This document shows positions 54,788 through 64,000 of a stretch of DNA of 64,000 bases, piece by piece. Each line of letters begins with the position of its first letter. Position 1 is the first letter of the stretch. A program made the translations under genes and the position numbers. The notes under the pieces were generated by a model. It had not been told where the DNA came from and searched no databases. It saw nothing but the letters and a program-made list of their open reading frames with translations. Location of the stretch: the NCBI GenBank assembly GCA_028704415.1, contig JAQWFM010000002.1, positions 3,966 through 67,965 on the forward strand. Reading direction: 5' to 3'. Source of the stretch: Oscillospiraceae bacterium (GTDB lineage Bacteria; Bacillota; Clostridia; Saccharofermentanales; Fastidiosipilaceae).

Positions 54788-56788
54788 TTAGCCGCGGCGG
54801 ACCCAGACTTTCATTTCTCCGAGCTTGCGGTTGCCCCAATATGCATAGGGTACAAACCGCAGAAGGAGCGGTTGCTGGACTGGAGGCCGCAGGGGTGCGT
54901 AAAGCTGCCGCTCATCCCAATCCGGCCAGGTTTCCCGCCAGCCCCGGGCCTGCAGCTGGGTATAGCCGCCCAGCTCTTTGGCTTCAACGGCGACCGGCAG
55001 CTGGCTGGTGTCCGCCAGGAGGGCCCAAAGATCCGGTCCGTTATCACATGCTTCCAGGCAATAAACCAGCGGGCCGCGGGTCAGGGCAATCAGGCCGCGG
55101 TCGGCGCGGACGGCCGGTGAAGCCTGTACCCAGGTGGGCTCAACCCGGATGCTGAGTTGTATTTGCTGCTGCCCCGGCGCTAAGTCCAGGTAAACAAAGC
55201 CCTTATGCTCCCGGCCGGTTAGTTGGTGACCCTGCCTGTCCGTCAGGATAAAGGATTGGGCCCAGCCGGGGCGGCGCAAGGCCAGGGTAAAGGCAGCCTC
55301 ATGCTGTACGGTCAAAGTCAACCGGCCGTCGCGGCAGTAATTGCCGGTCAGCCGCAGGTTTATGTCCCCCGTGGCGGCTGTCGGGCTGGCCGGGTCGGCC
55401 CAGCTGAGCTTGGCTTCATGGCTGATATACTGCTGCAGCATGACCAGATGGTCCTGGGGGTACAGGCTGTAAATATACTGCCCCAGACCGGCCAGAGTAC
55501 GCGCAATATTGGGCGGGCAGCAAGCACAGCCAAACCAAGGCTGGCGGGTCGCTTCCACATGCTGCCGCGAGGTGTTTTTAAGGCAGTTAGCCGGCCAGAC
55601 TTCCATAGGATTGACATAAAAGAAGCGGGTTCCATCTTGCTGGATGCCGGCTAAAACGGTATTGAACAGGGCCAGTTCAGCCACATCGTGGTACCGCCCC
55701 TCACGCTGATTACGCCCCAGCCGTAAAGAAAACAGCGCCAGTCCTATGGCCGCGCAGGTTTCAGAATAGTTGGCGTCATTAGATAAGTCATAATCAGTGG
55801 TAAAGCGCTCCAGCCAGCCGGATTGGCCAATGCTGCCGGTCAGATATAATTGCCGCCAGGCAATATCTTCCCAGAGGCGGACGCAGGCAGCCATGAGCTC
55901 CTGGTCGTCAGCCGCGGCGGCGGCGTCCGCCATGGCGCAATACAAATAGACCGCCCGGACAGCGTGACCCTGGGCGCGGGTCTGCTGCCGGACAGGCTGA
56001 TCGGCCTGATGATAGCTCAGGTCAGGACGATTTTGGCGGCTGCCGGGGTATAATTCATAAAAGTCGGCGCTACTGCGTTCACGCTCAAAGTAATTGGGTT
56101 TTTGCCCCCGCTGATTAATGAAGTAAGCGGCCAGGTTAAAATAGCGGGGCGTGGCGGTGTGCTGCCAGAGCCGGATCAGGGCCAGTTCTATTTCCTCATG
56201 CCCGGGGTATCCGTGCAGTTGCTGGTCTCCCGGCCCAAAGACCACAGCGATCAGATCCGCAAAACGGCAGGCAATGCCCAGCAGACGGTCCTTACCGGTG
56301 CACTGGCTGTAGGCTACCGCGGCTTCAATCAGGTGGCCGGCGCAGTAAAGCTCATGGCAGTCGCAAAGGTTGTGCCAGCGCTGGTCCGGCGCTTTTATCT
56401 GAAAATAGGTGTTCAGGTAGCCATCTTCACACTGCGCCTGCTCCAGCAGCTCAATCAGGCTGTCTGCTTGTGCTTCCAGACCCGGATCCGGATGGGTCGC
56501 CAGGCTGTAGGCTACGGCCTCCAGCCATTTGTAGCTGTCCGAATCCTGAAAGACGAACCCGTCAAAATCGGCTTGTTCCAGACCGGCGGCAATGCGGAAG
56601 TTGCGGACCGAGTGGCTGGGTGGCGTGGCCGGCAGCTGATCATTCAGCGCCTGCCATTGATAAGGCAGAATCTGCCGGGGGACCAGGTCAATATAACGGT
56701 CCCAGAAAGCATCCTGAATGTGCAGCTCAGAAAGCGCGGGCGTCTGAGGCAGCCGGCTGGCCTGAGCGGTGGGAAAAGGCTGACACAT
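54788..56788 (-). CDS. GH127 (DUF1680) beta-L-arabinofuranosidase-like glycoside hydrolase
   Basis: FWDRYIDLV..., FYVNPME, and the family-typical Cys cluster WFGCACCPPNIAR. ATG 56788 (MCQPF) with GAGGA upstream is preferred over GTG 56803. Confidence 0.8.
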   Translation of the reverse strand: MCQPFPTAQASRLPQTPALSELHIQDAFWDRYIDLVPRQILPYQWQALNDQLPATPPSHSVRNFRIAAGLEQADFDGFVFQDSDSYKWLEAVAYSLATHPDPGLEAQADSLIELLEQAQCEDGYLNTYFQIKAPDQRWHNLCDCHELYCAGHLIEAAVAYSQCTGKDRLLGIACRFADLIAVVFGPGDQQLHGYPGHEEIELALIRLWQHTATPRYFNLAAYFINQRGQKPNYFERERSSADFYELYPGSRQNRPDLSYHQADQPVRQQTRAQGHAVRAVYLYCAMADAAAAADDQELMAACVRLWEDIAWRQLYLTGSIGQSGWLERFTTDYDLSNDANYSETCAAIGLALFSLRLGRNQREGRYHDVAELALFNTVLAGIQQDGTRFFYVNPMEVWPANCLKNTSRQHVEATRQPWFGCACCPPNIARTLAGLGQYIYSLYPQDHLVMLQQYISHEAKLSWADPASPTAATGDINLRLTGNYCRDGRLTLTVQHEAAFTLALRRPGWAQSFILTDRQGHQLTGREHKGFVYLDLAPGQQQIQLSIRVEPTWVQASPAVRADRGLIALTRGPLVYCLEACDNGPDLWALLADTSQLPVAVEAKELGGYTQLQARGWRETWPDWDERQLYAPLRPPVQQPLLLRFVPYAYWGNRKLGEMKVWVRRG

Positions 56789-56991
56789 AGCTTCAATCCT
56801 CACTTCTTATTTAGTATATAAAAAATACAAGTTTATAATTGCCAGGGCAGATTTATTTGAATTATAGCCTATGCTGACCAATTTAATTGTCTGCCATCCA
56901 GGATAAACCTGTCTGTTCCCGAATCAGACCGGCTTGCCGCGGCTTTGGCTTGTGGGTATCATGAACACGACCAAAGAAACGAGGTAAGCAG

Positions 56992-58371
56992 ATGGACACA
57001 CCAGACCTTTTTGAAAAATCGCAGCCAGAGGGTATCCTGGCTCATCCGCCCATGGGCTGGAACAGTTGGGACTGCTATGGCAGCAGCATTACGGAAACTG
57101 AGTTTTTGCAAAATGCCACCTTTATGGCGGAACATTTGCGGGATTATGGCTGGAATTATGCTGTGGTGGATATTCAATGGTACCAGGCGACCGCGGAAGG
57201 CTGGGATTATAAGCCTTTTGCGGATCTGTGCCTGAATGAATACGGTTTGCCCCAGCCGGCGGTGAACCGTTTTCCGTCAGCGGCCGGGGGTAGAGGCTTT
57301 AAACCGCTGGCAGAACAAGTCCACGCTCTGGGCTTGAAGTTTGGCCTGCATATTATGCGGGGTATCCCCAGGCAGGCGGTGAGCCAGAATCTACCGGTGC
57401 CTGGTACTGACGGCCTCCGCGCTCGGCAGGTGGCTGACTTTGCGGCAGTTTGCCGCTGGAACTCAGATATGTATGGGCTCAATATGGCGGCGGAAGGCGC
57501 GCAGGCCTGGTATGACGCTTTATACCGGCAGTTTGCTGACTGGGGGGTGGACTTTGTCAAGGTAGACGACTGCGCCTGGAATTTTGTGGCGCCGGACCAC
57601 TACCCGGCCGCGGAAGTGGAGGCGATTGCCCAGGCTATTAAACATAGCGGCCGGGACATGGTCCTCAGCCTGTCTCCGGGTCCGGCGGTATTGCAAAAAC
57701 GGGATCACTTGACGCGTTTTGCCCATATGTGGCGCATGACTGATGATTTTTGGGACCGCTGGGATCTGCTGCTGCAGGATCTGGAGCGCTGTCGGGAATG
57801 GCAGGCGGTGGTTGGACCAGGCAGCTGGCCGGACGCGGATATGCTGCCGCTGGGTCAGCTAAATATGAGGGATAATCAGGGTCAGGGCCGCCGCAGCGCC
57901 TTAACCGCGGACGAGCAGCAGACCTTGATGAATCTCTGGTGCCTGTTTCGCTCGCCGCTCATGTACGGTGGCGACCTGCCCCGGGCCACCGCGGAGGATC
58001 TCCGCCTGCTGCAAAACCGGGAGCTGCTGGCCTTAAGTCAGCAGGGCGGCTGGCCCCGGGAATGCCAGGCCTCTGAACCGGGCCTGTCTGCCTGGACCCA
58101 GCTGGAGTGCCCGGCCGGGCAGCCCCAGCCCTTCCTCTTTATTAATACCACGGATGAACCGCTCCCGGTCAGCCTGGACTTCAGCCGGCAGGACCGTGCC
58201 TGGGGCCGGGCCGTCACAGCCGCGGCGGCCGGACCGGGGACTGCCGGAGCCTGGCGCTGGCAAGAGGTCTGGCAGCAACAACCGGCAGAACGGATCAGCG
58301 CAACCAGTCACAGCCAGTTTACGCTGGCGCCGCATGCTTCAAGGCTTTATTTATTGGAAAAAGCTGAATGA
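56992..58371 (+). CDS. GH27-family glycosidase (alpha-galactosidase / beta-L-arabinopyranosidase-like)
   Basis: PPMGWNSWDCYG, YAVVDIQWY, DFVKVDDC (nucleophile region). SD GAGGT lies 7 nt before the ATG. Confidence 0.75.
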   Translation: MDTPDLFEKSQPEGILAHPPMGWNSWDCYGSSITETEFLQNATFMAEHLRDYGWNYAVVDIQWYQATAEGWDYKPFADLCLNEYGLPQPAVNRFPSAAGGRGFKPLAEQVHALGLKFGLHIMRGIPRQAVSQNLPVPGTDGLRARQVADFAAVCRWNSDMYGLNMAAEGAQAWYDALYRQFADWGVDFVKVDDCAWNFVAPDHYPAAEVEAIAQAIKHSGRDMVLSLSPGPAVLQKRDHLTRFAHMWRMTDDFWDRWDLLLQDLERCREWQAVVGPGSWPDADMLPLGQLNMRDNQGQGRRSALTADEQQTLMNLWCLFRSPLMYGGDLPRATAEDLRLLQNRELLALSQQGGWPRECQASEPGLSAWTQLECPAGQPQPFLFINTTDEPLPVSLDFSRQDRAWGRAVTAAAAGPGTAGAWRWQEVWQQQPAERISATSHSQFTLAPHASRLYLLEKAE

Positions 58372-58483
58372 CCGCCCAGGCCGCAGCGGGGCTTGCGGCT
58401 GGCCGGTGCACTGCAGTTCCGGCGGCGGCCTGCCGCCGCTAAAGCGCCAAAGCGATTTATAAAGATATTAAAGGAGATCTTGT

Positions 58484-59998
58484 ATGGCTAATCTAACTGT
58501 CAATCTTGACCGCCGCCTCAGCCACATCAATCCCGAGGTATACGGCAACTTTTCTGAACATCTGGGCCACTGTATATATGACGGCATTTATGTGGGTGAA
58601 AGCTCAGCCATTCCTAATGTCAACGGCATGCGCAGCGATATTGTAGCCGCGCTTAAAGCCATTCACTTACCGGTCCTGCGCTGGCCGGGCGGCTGCTTTG
58701 CGGATACCTATCATTGGGAGGATGGCATTGGTCCCCGGCAGACCCGTAAGCGCATGGTCAACACCCATTGGGGCGGCGTGGTGGAAGACAATGCCTTTGG
58801 CACCCATGAATTCTTTGAGTTTTGCCGCCAGGTGGGCTGCGAACCCTATATCAATGGCAATCTGGGCAGCGGCACCGTCCGGGAAATGTCTGAATGGGTG
58901 GAATACATGACTTTTGACGGGCTGTCGCCCATGTCACAGCGCCGGCAGGCTAACGGACAATCCGAGCCCTGGCACCTGAAGTATTTTGGCATTGGTAATG
59001 AAAATTGGGGCTGCGGCGGCAACATGCGCCCCACTTACTACGCGGATGTCTACCGGCGTTACCAGACCTATGTCCGCAACTACGGTAAAAATCAGATCTT
59101 CAAAATTGCCTGCGGCCCCAACTCAGATGACTATGCCTGGACGGAGGAACTGATGAAGCAAGCCGGCCACTACATGGACGGCCTGAGCCTGCATTATTAC
59201 ACGGTGAATGGCGACTGGGAACATAAAGGCGCAGCAACAGGCTTCAGCAAAGCCGATTGGTATCAGACCCTCAAAAAGACCCTTTATATGGAGGATTTGA
59301 TCCGCGGGCATCTGGCCGTGATGGACCGCTATGATCCGGAGCATAAGGTTGGTTTGATTATAGATGAATGGGGCACCTGGTTTGACGTGGAGCCTGGCAC
59401 TAACCCCGGCTTTTTATATCAACAAAATACTACCCGGGATGCGCTGGTAGCAGCGGTCAACTACAATATTTTCAATAAACACAGCGACCGCATTCCCATG
59501 ACTAACCTGGCGCAGCTGGTCAATGTCCTGCAGGCGCTGATCCTGACTGACGGCGAACAAATGCTCCTGACTCCGACCTACTTTGTGGCGGACCTCTATC
59601 AGCATCATCAGGGCGCGGATCTGCTGGAAAGCATGGTAGACACGCAGCTGGTCGGTCAGGATGAAAGCGCCCTGGTGCCGAATCTGTCAGAATCAGCCTC
59701 AGTCAGCGCAGACGGTACGGTCAATGTGACCCTGGCCAACCTGGCCGCGGACCGGCCGGCTGCGGTCCAGGTGCAGCTGACCGGCCGGGCCGCCGCGGCT
59801 TATACCCTGGCAGAGGCCCGCATTCTGGCGGGCGACTCTGACTGCCTGGATCTGCATAACAGCTTTGCGGAGCCTCAGACCGTCAGACCGGCTGATTTTG
59901 CCGCGCAGGTCAGCTCCGCGCGGCCGGGTCAGTTCCGCCTGCAGTTGCCGGCCGCGTCCGTGCTGCTGCTGCGTTTTAGCCAGGCGCGTGAAAGTTAG
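58484..59998 (+). CDS. abfA: GH51 alpha-L-arabinofuranosidase (second copy)
   Basis: [45 protein letters not shown] lies before the ATG. Confidence 0.9.
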   Translation: MANLTVNLDRRLSHINPEVYGNFSEHLGHCIYDGIYVGESSAIPNVNGMRSDIVAALKAIHLPVLRWPGGCFADTYHWEDGIGPRQTRKRMVNTHWGGVVEDNAFGTHEFFEFCRQVGCEPYINGNLGSGTVREMSEWVEYMTFDGLSPMSQRRQANGQSEPWHLKYFGIGNENWGCGGNMRPTYYADVYRRYQTYVRNYGKNQIFKIACGPNSDDYAWTEELMKQAGHYMDGLSLHYYTVNGDWEHKGAATGFSKADWYQTLKKTLYMEDLIRGHLAVMDRYDPEHKVGLIIDEWGTWFDVEPGTNPGFLYQQNTTRDALVAAVNYNIFNKHSDRIPMTNLAQLVNVLQALILTDGEQMLLTPTYFVADLYQHHQGADLLESMVDTQLVGQDESALVPNLSESASVSADGTVNVTLANLAADRPAAVQVQLTGRAAAAYTLAEARILAGDSDCLDLHNSFAEPQTVRPADFAAQVSSARPGQFRLQLPAASVLLLRFSQARES

Positions 59999-60007
59999 GA
60001 GCTAAGG

Positions 60008-61387
60008 ATGAAAGATGATACTCAGCTTTCTGCCGCCCGGGCGGCGGATTTTACCCTGGCTGACGCGCTGCGGCAGCCGTGGCCCTGCAGCTGTGGCAAG
60101 ACGCACCGGACCAACCTGAAATGGTTTCAGGTTCAGCCAGACGTGCCGCAGCTGCTGCCAGCCATCCTGCAGCAGGCAGACTGCCGCAGGATTTTGCTGG
60201 TGGCAGACCGCCACACTTATGCTGCTCAGGGGCAAAGCGTGGCGGCCGTGCTGAAATCGGCCTGCCCGGAGATTTTACTGGAGCAGTTCATCTTTCCGGA
60301 CCCTGAATTAGTGCCGGATGAACGGGCCCTGAGCCGGCTGCAGGACTGGCGGCGCGCCCTGCCGGCTCAGGCCGGAGACTATTGGCTGGCGGTGGGCAGC
60401 GGCACCCTCAATGATCTGACCCGTTATGTCAGCAGTCAGGAACAACGGCCATACTTAGTTGTCGGGACCTCCCCGTCCATGGATGGCTATGCTTCCGGGG
60501 TTTCGCCGCTGATTATCCGGCGCATGAAACAGACCTTTCCCGGGCAGAGCCCGCTGGCGGTGCTGGCGGATCCCAAAGTGCTGGCCCAGGCTCCCCGGGA
60601 CCTGATCCTGGCAGGTATTGGCGATGTTTTGGGTAAATATAATTCGCTGCTGGACTGGCAGCTGTCAGTGCTGGTCAATGACGAATACGACTGCCCGTTT
60701 ATCCGGAGTCTGGTGGAGGAAAGCCGCGATGAAGTGGCCCGGCAGGCGCCAGCCATCATCCGGGGGGATGAAACCGCGGTGACCAGTCTGATGACCGCGC
60801 TGACTGAAGTGGGGGTAGCCATGGACTACAGCGGCAGCTCCCGGCCTGCTTCCGGCGCGGAGCATCATCTGGCGCATTTCTGGGAAATGCGGGAGCTGCT
60901 TGCCGGCGGTCATGGCCATCATCACGGCACGGAAGTTGGTGTGGCTTTGCCGCTGATTTTAAGCCTGTGGCGGCAGCTGGCCAGCTGGCCGGAACCGGTA
61001 GAAAAAAGCAGTCAGCTTCCCCGGACTGGCGAAGCCTGGCAGCGGCAGCGGACGAGACAGCTTGAAGAAGCTTACCGGCAGGCGGCGCCATCGGTTTTGG
61101 CCTATGATCGCGAAGTGGATTGGTTTAATGAAAGCAAACGGCAGCAGCGCCTGACACGCATCCGGGCGGCCTGGCCCCGGATCCGGCAGCTGGCCCAGTC
61201 TGCCCCGGACCCGGCGACCGTCACCAGTTTGTACCGGCAGATAGGCTTCCCATTAACCCCGGCCGATATCAGCCTCCCGCCTCAGGAGGTCCAGGCCGCG
61301 CTTAACTATGCGTCTGCTCTGCGGGAACGCTATACCGTGCTGCGCTTGCTGGACGACCTTAACTGGTCCCCGGCAGAGCTGTTGTAA
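60008..61387 (+). CDS. araM: AraM-like sn-glycerol-1-phosphate dehydrogenase (iron-ADH/DHQS-like superfamily)
   Basis: GSGTLNDLTRYVS, GIGDVLGKY and SGAEHHLAHFWE metal-site motifs. It sits in an ara-locus context as in the B. subtilis araABDLMNPQ-abfA operon. It is about 60 aa longer at the C-terminus than I would expect. Confidence 0.6.
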   Translation: MKDDTQLSAARAADFTLADALRQPWPCSCGKTHRTNLKWFQVQPDVPQLLPAILQQADCRRILLVADRHTYAAQGQSVAAVLKSACPEILLEQFIFPDPELVPDERALSRLQDWRRALPAQAGDYWLAVGSGTLNDLTRYVSSQEQRPYLVVGTSPSMDGYASGVSPLIIRRMKQTFPGQSPLAVLADPKVLAQAPRDLILAGIGDVLGKYNSLLDWQLSVLVNDEYDCPFIRSLVEESRDEVARQAPAIIRGDETAVTSLMTALTEVGVAMDYSGSSRPASGAEHHLAHFWEMRELLAGGHGHHHGTEVGVALPLILSLWRQLASWPEPVEKSSQLPRTGEAWQRQRTRQLEEAYRQAAPSVLAYDREVDWFNESKRQQRLTRIRAAWPRIRQLAQSAPDPATVTSLYRQIGFPLTPADISLPPQEVQAALNYASALRERYTVLRLLDDLNWSPAELL

Positions 61388-62273
61388 GCTTGACGCCAGC
61401 GTCCGTGGACGCATAAGTGAGCCGGACCTGCCGCAAAATCTGCTGGTCGATCTGGTCTAAGGCCGATTGATTAGCGGTCATGGCGTAAAGCGCCAGATTG
61501 AGATCTTTATCCGGCAGGTAGAGCAGATACATGCGCCCGTACATGGCCAGCGGCGCGTAATCGGTTGCCTGACCGCCCGCGGCTGCCGGCGGCCAGCCAA
61601 ATTGCAGGTAACCGGTCTGAAAGCCCCGCACGTGGTGCAAGGGGCCATTTGTGCGCAGGCTGGCGTCAACCTGAAGCCAGGTCTGCCCGGCCAGCGTCAC
61701 GGTGTGGGTTTGCAGGTCCGTGGCCTCAAACTGGCTGTCCGCCGTGGCCAGGCCCAGCGCCGGCAGCGCCAGGCAGGTTTGATCAAAAGCGGTTACGGTC
61801 ATAAGCTCCGTGGTAGTCAGCTCCCGTCCCAGCCCCCCCACGTAATAGCAGCCCAGATAGCTGTTGTACAAGGGTGAGTCCGGATTATAAAATTCACTGC
61901 GCGCCGCCAGGGGCTTAAAACCGGCGACGGCGTAATCAATGCTGAAGGTGACGGTTTGGTTCAGGTAAGCGGACAGACCGGCGGACGCATTAAAGGTATT
62001 CATAACCGGAAGCAGCGCGGTGCCCATAATTTGGGTGTCCAGCGGCAGGCTTACCGTCACGCCGCTTTGCCGCGCGACGCTGTGTCGTTCATTCAGCTGA
62101 TCGTAAGCTGACATGAGCAGGACGGCCCGGGGACCGGCCAAAGCTGGCAACAGTAAAAAAAGCAGCAGCGCCAGTGCCACCAGACCCAGGCTTAGCCAGC
62201 GCCTTCTGTGCCGGCGGGGCGGCCGCCTGGCCGGACCGGTTTCCGGCATAGCCCCGGCTTCCGGCGCTTTCAT
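61359..62273 (-). CDS. Hypothetical N-terminally anchored extracytoplasmic protein
   Basis: Arg-rich cytoplasmic tip (RRPPRRHRRR), one TM segment (LSLGLVALALLLFLLLPALA), then about 250 aa with no motif I recognise. Its ATG overlaps the cysE stop. Its 3' end overlaps the convergent araM-like gene by 29 nt. Confidence 0.5.
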   Translation of the reverse strand: MKAPEAGAMPETGPARRPPRRHRRRWLSLGLVALALLLFLLLPALAGPRAVLLMSAYDQLNERHSVARQSGVTVSLPLDTQIMGTALLPVMNTFNASAGLSAYLNQTVTFSIDYAVAGFKPLAARSEFYNPDSPLYNSYLGCYYVGGLGRELTTTELMTVTAFDQTCLALPALGLATADSQFEATDLQTHTVTLAGQTWLQVDASLRTNGPLHHVRGFQTGYLQFGWPPAAAGGQATDYAPLAMYGRMYLLYLPDKDLNLALYAMTANQSALDQIDQQILRQVRLTYASTDAGVKLTTALPGTS

Positions 62274-63277
62274 TCCGCGGGCGGCTGCTCAGAGATGACC
62301 GGCGCCGCGGCGGCACCCGGGTTTTGGAATTTCAGGTTATGCCCGCGGACGGAGACCTTGGTTTTGGCATCAACCGAACGGGTAATAAACACATTACCGC
62401 CGATGGTAACGCCCTGTCCGATCACCGTTTCGCCACCTAAAATAGTTGCGCCGCCATACACCGTTACGTGATCGCCCAGGGTGGGGTGCCGGCGCACGCC
62501 CCGCAGTGACTGGCCGCCGCGCGTGGACAGGGCGCCCAGGGTAACGCCCTGATAAATCTTGCAGTGGTCGCCAATCACAGAGGTTTCGCCAATCACGACC
62601 CCGGTGCCGTGATCAATGAAGAAGTACCGGCCAATATCCGCGCCGGGATGGATGTCAATCCCGGTTTTGCTGTGCGCGTATTCACTCATGATCCGCGGGA
62701 TCAGGGGAACCTGCAGGAGGTACAGCTCATGAGCCAGGCGATGAACCGTGATGGCAAAAATACCGGGGTAAGCCAGGATAATCTCACTGTAGCTGCTGGC
62801 GGCAGGATCCCCGTCATAGGCGGCTTCCACATCAGTTGCCAGCAAATCCCGCACTTCCGGCAGCCGCGCCAAAAACTGCTCCACAATCAGCTCGGCCGCG
62901 TCCGGTTCCCCCGGGCAGGCGGCTTCACACATGGAGATGCTTTCCGCATCCTGACGGCGGCGGTGACACAGGGCCAGCCCGACTTCATGCCGGAGCTTAA
63001 AGCGGATCTCACTCAGGCAGTCGTTCAGATAAAAATAGGTATGGTACGCTGAGGCGTCCCGGCGGTCATAATAACCCGGGAACATCAAAGATCTGAGCTT
63101 GTGCGTGATATCAATAATTACTTTTCGGTCAGGCAGGTAGCCGTAATTGACGTCCTGCAAAGACGGATAACGCAGATAGCTTGTCTGCAGCTGTTTGACC
63201 AGACTGGCGGTTTCCGGGTTGCGTCCGCCCGTTTCCTGGCCGACCGGAGACAAAGAATCGGTTTGCTCTTGTGTCAT
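62270..63277 (-). CDS. cysE: Serine O-acetyltransferase (long N-terminal form)
   Basis: Left-handed beta-helix hexapeptide region [42 protein letters not shown]. The ATG overlaps the msrB stop (ATGA). Confidence 0.85.
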   Translation of the reverse strand: MTQEQTDSLSPVGQETGGRNPETASLVKQLQTSYLRYPSLQDVNYGYLPDRKVIIDITHKLRSLMFPGYYDRRDASAYHTYFYLNDCLSEIRFKLRHEVGLALCHRRRQDAESISMCEAACPGEPDAAELIVEQFLARLPEVRDLLATDVEAAYDGDPAASSYSEIILAYPGIFAITVHRLAHELYLLQVPLIPRIMSEYAHSKTGIDIHPGADIGRYFFIDHGTGVVIGETSVIGDHCKIYQGVTLGALSTRGGQSLRGVRRHPTLGDHVTVYGGATILGGETVIGQGVTIGGNVFITRSVDAKTKVSVRGHNLKFQNPGAAAAPVISEQPPAE

Positions 63278-64000
63278 GACTGATGCGCTCCTTTATTGTT
63301 GGTCTCAGGGTTACCGGCAGGCCGGGTGGTCTGCTCTGGGGCCTGAGATTTAGCGGTATCCGGGTTGGGACAGATCCGTTCCTGCCACGGTCCGTAGCCC
63401 TCCCGCGCCAGCTCTTCATAGGGTATAAAGCGAAGGGCGGCGCTGTTAATACAGTAACGCAGTCCTCCGGCCGAGTCAGGTCCATCCTCAAAGACGTGTC
63501 CCAGATGGCTGTTAGCCATAACGCTGCGGACTTCAGTCCGCACCAGCCCATGACTGTGGTCCGGCAGCTGCACGATGTTTTGGCTTTCCACCGGCCGGGT
63601 AAAGCTGGGCCAGCCGCAGCCGGCGTCATATTTATCCTCTGAACTGAACAGCGGCTGACCGCTGACGCGGTCTACATATAAGCCGGGCCGGAATTCCGCG
63701 TCATAGGGATTGCGAAAGGGCGGTTCGGTTGCCTGGTGCTGCGTGACCTCATATTCCAGCGGCGTGAGGCGCTGCCGCAGGGTCTGGTCATCCGGCCTGA
63801 CAAAAGGCTCCGGCACGGCTGATTTGGTTCCGCCCGGGTCGGCGCGGCCGGCCGGACTGTCGGCGCCGTCTGGCCTGGCCGCCTGCGTTGCCTCTGTGTC
63901 CGCGGCAGACGCCGCCTCCGGTACCGGCTTAAGATTATCCGGCAGATACTGCTTGAGGGCCTGAAAGAACTGCCGGGCGGAGATCTGGGAGTATCCGCCG
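63274..64000 (-). CDS. msrB: Peptide-methionine (R)-S-oxide reductase MsrB domain; ORF open to the window edge, probably an MsrA-MsrB fusion (5' partial)
   Basis: MsrB motifs GCGWPSF and [13 protein letters not shown]. The frame has no stop between 63817 and 64000. The residues there (...[19 protein letters not shown]..., then an Ala/Asp/Pro linker) look like an MsrA C-terminus plus linker. The GTG at 63816 in the track is therefore probably internal. Confidence 0.7.
   Translation of the reverse strand, partial: GGYSQISARQFFQALKQYLPDNLKPVPEAASAADTEATQAARPDGADSPAGRADPGGTKSAVPEPFVRPDDQTLRQRLTPLEYEVTQHQATEPPFRNPYDAEFRPGLYVDRVSGQPLFSSEDKYDAGCGWPSFTRPVESQNIVQLPDHSHGLVRTEVRSVMANSHLGHVFEDGPDSAGGLRYCINSAALRFIPYEELAREGYGPWQERICPNPDTAKSQAPEQTTRPAGNPETNNKGAHQS

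Overview
Chromosomal replication-origin region of a Firmicutes/Clostridia-like bacterium, followed by housekeeping genes and an L-arabinose/arabinoside utilisation locus. I found no convincing novel multi-gene system, and no rRNA, tRNA, CRISPR array, transposase, integrase or prophage gene. Left of the origin every gene is on the minus strand: dnaA-dnaN-recF-remB-gyrB, then parA-parB, a PrsA-like PPIase, an AT-rich sugar ABC-uptake cassette, rpoB-rpoC and a DEDDh exonuclease. A DnaA-box cluster in the dnaA-dnaN spacer marks oriC, and two tandem near-consensus parS sites lie between gyrB and parA. Right of the origin genes are mostly on the plus strand: prepilin-peptidase-like, VanZ-like, pepF, HAD, dGTPase, RlmI-like methyltransferase, ArsR, aldo/keto reductase, Gfo/Idh/MocA, adenine deaminase, glucosaminidase and IMPase-like. 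The arabinose locus holds araR-araA-araD, two GH51 enzymes, GH127, GH27, an AraM-like gene, an esterase, an FAH-family gene and a Gfo/Idh/MocA-AEC transporter pair. Embedded in it is asnB behind an Asn (AAC) T-box leader. A partial msrAB-cysE-unknown operon runs off the right edge. The points most worth a second look are: the rearranged origin synteny with an apparently one-sided oriC; the tandem parS; the low-GC sugar cassette directly upstream of rpoB; the long Asn T-box with no obvious terminator; a recurring AGACAAG-type motif in two ara promoter regions; the ara locus lacking a ribulokinase; and an exonuclease/zinc-ribbon fusion just behind the rpoC terminator. All calls come from reading the supplied translations and the DNA by eye, with no searches run.
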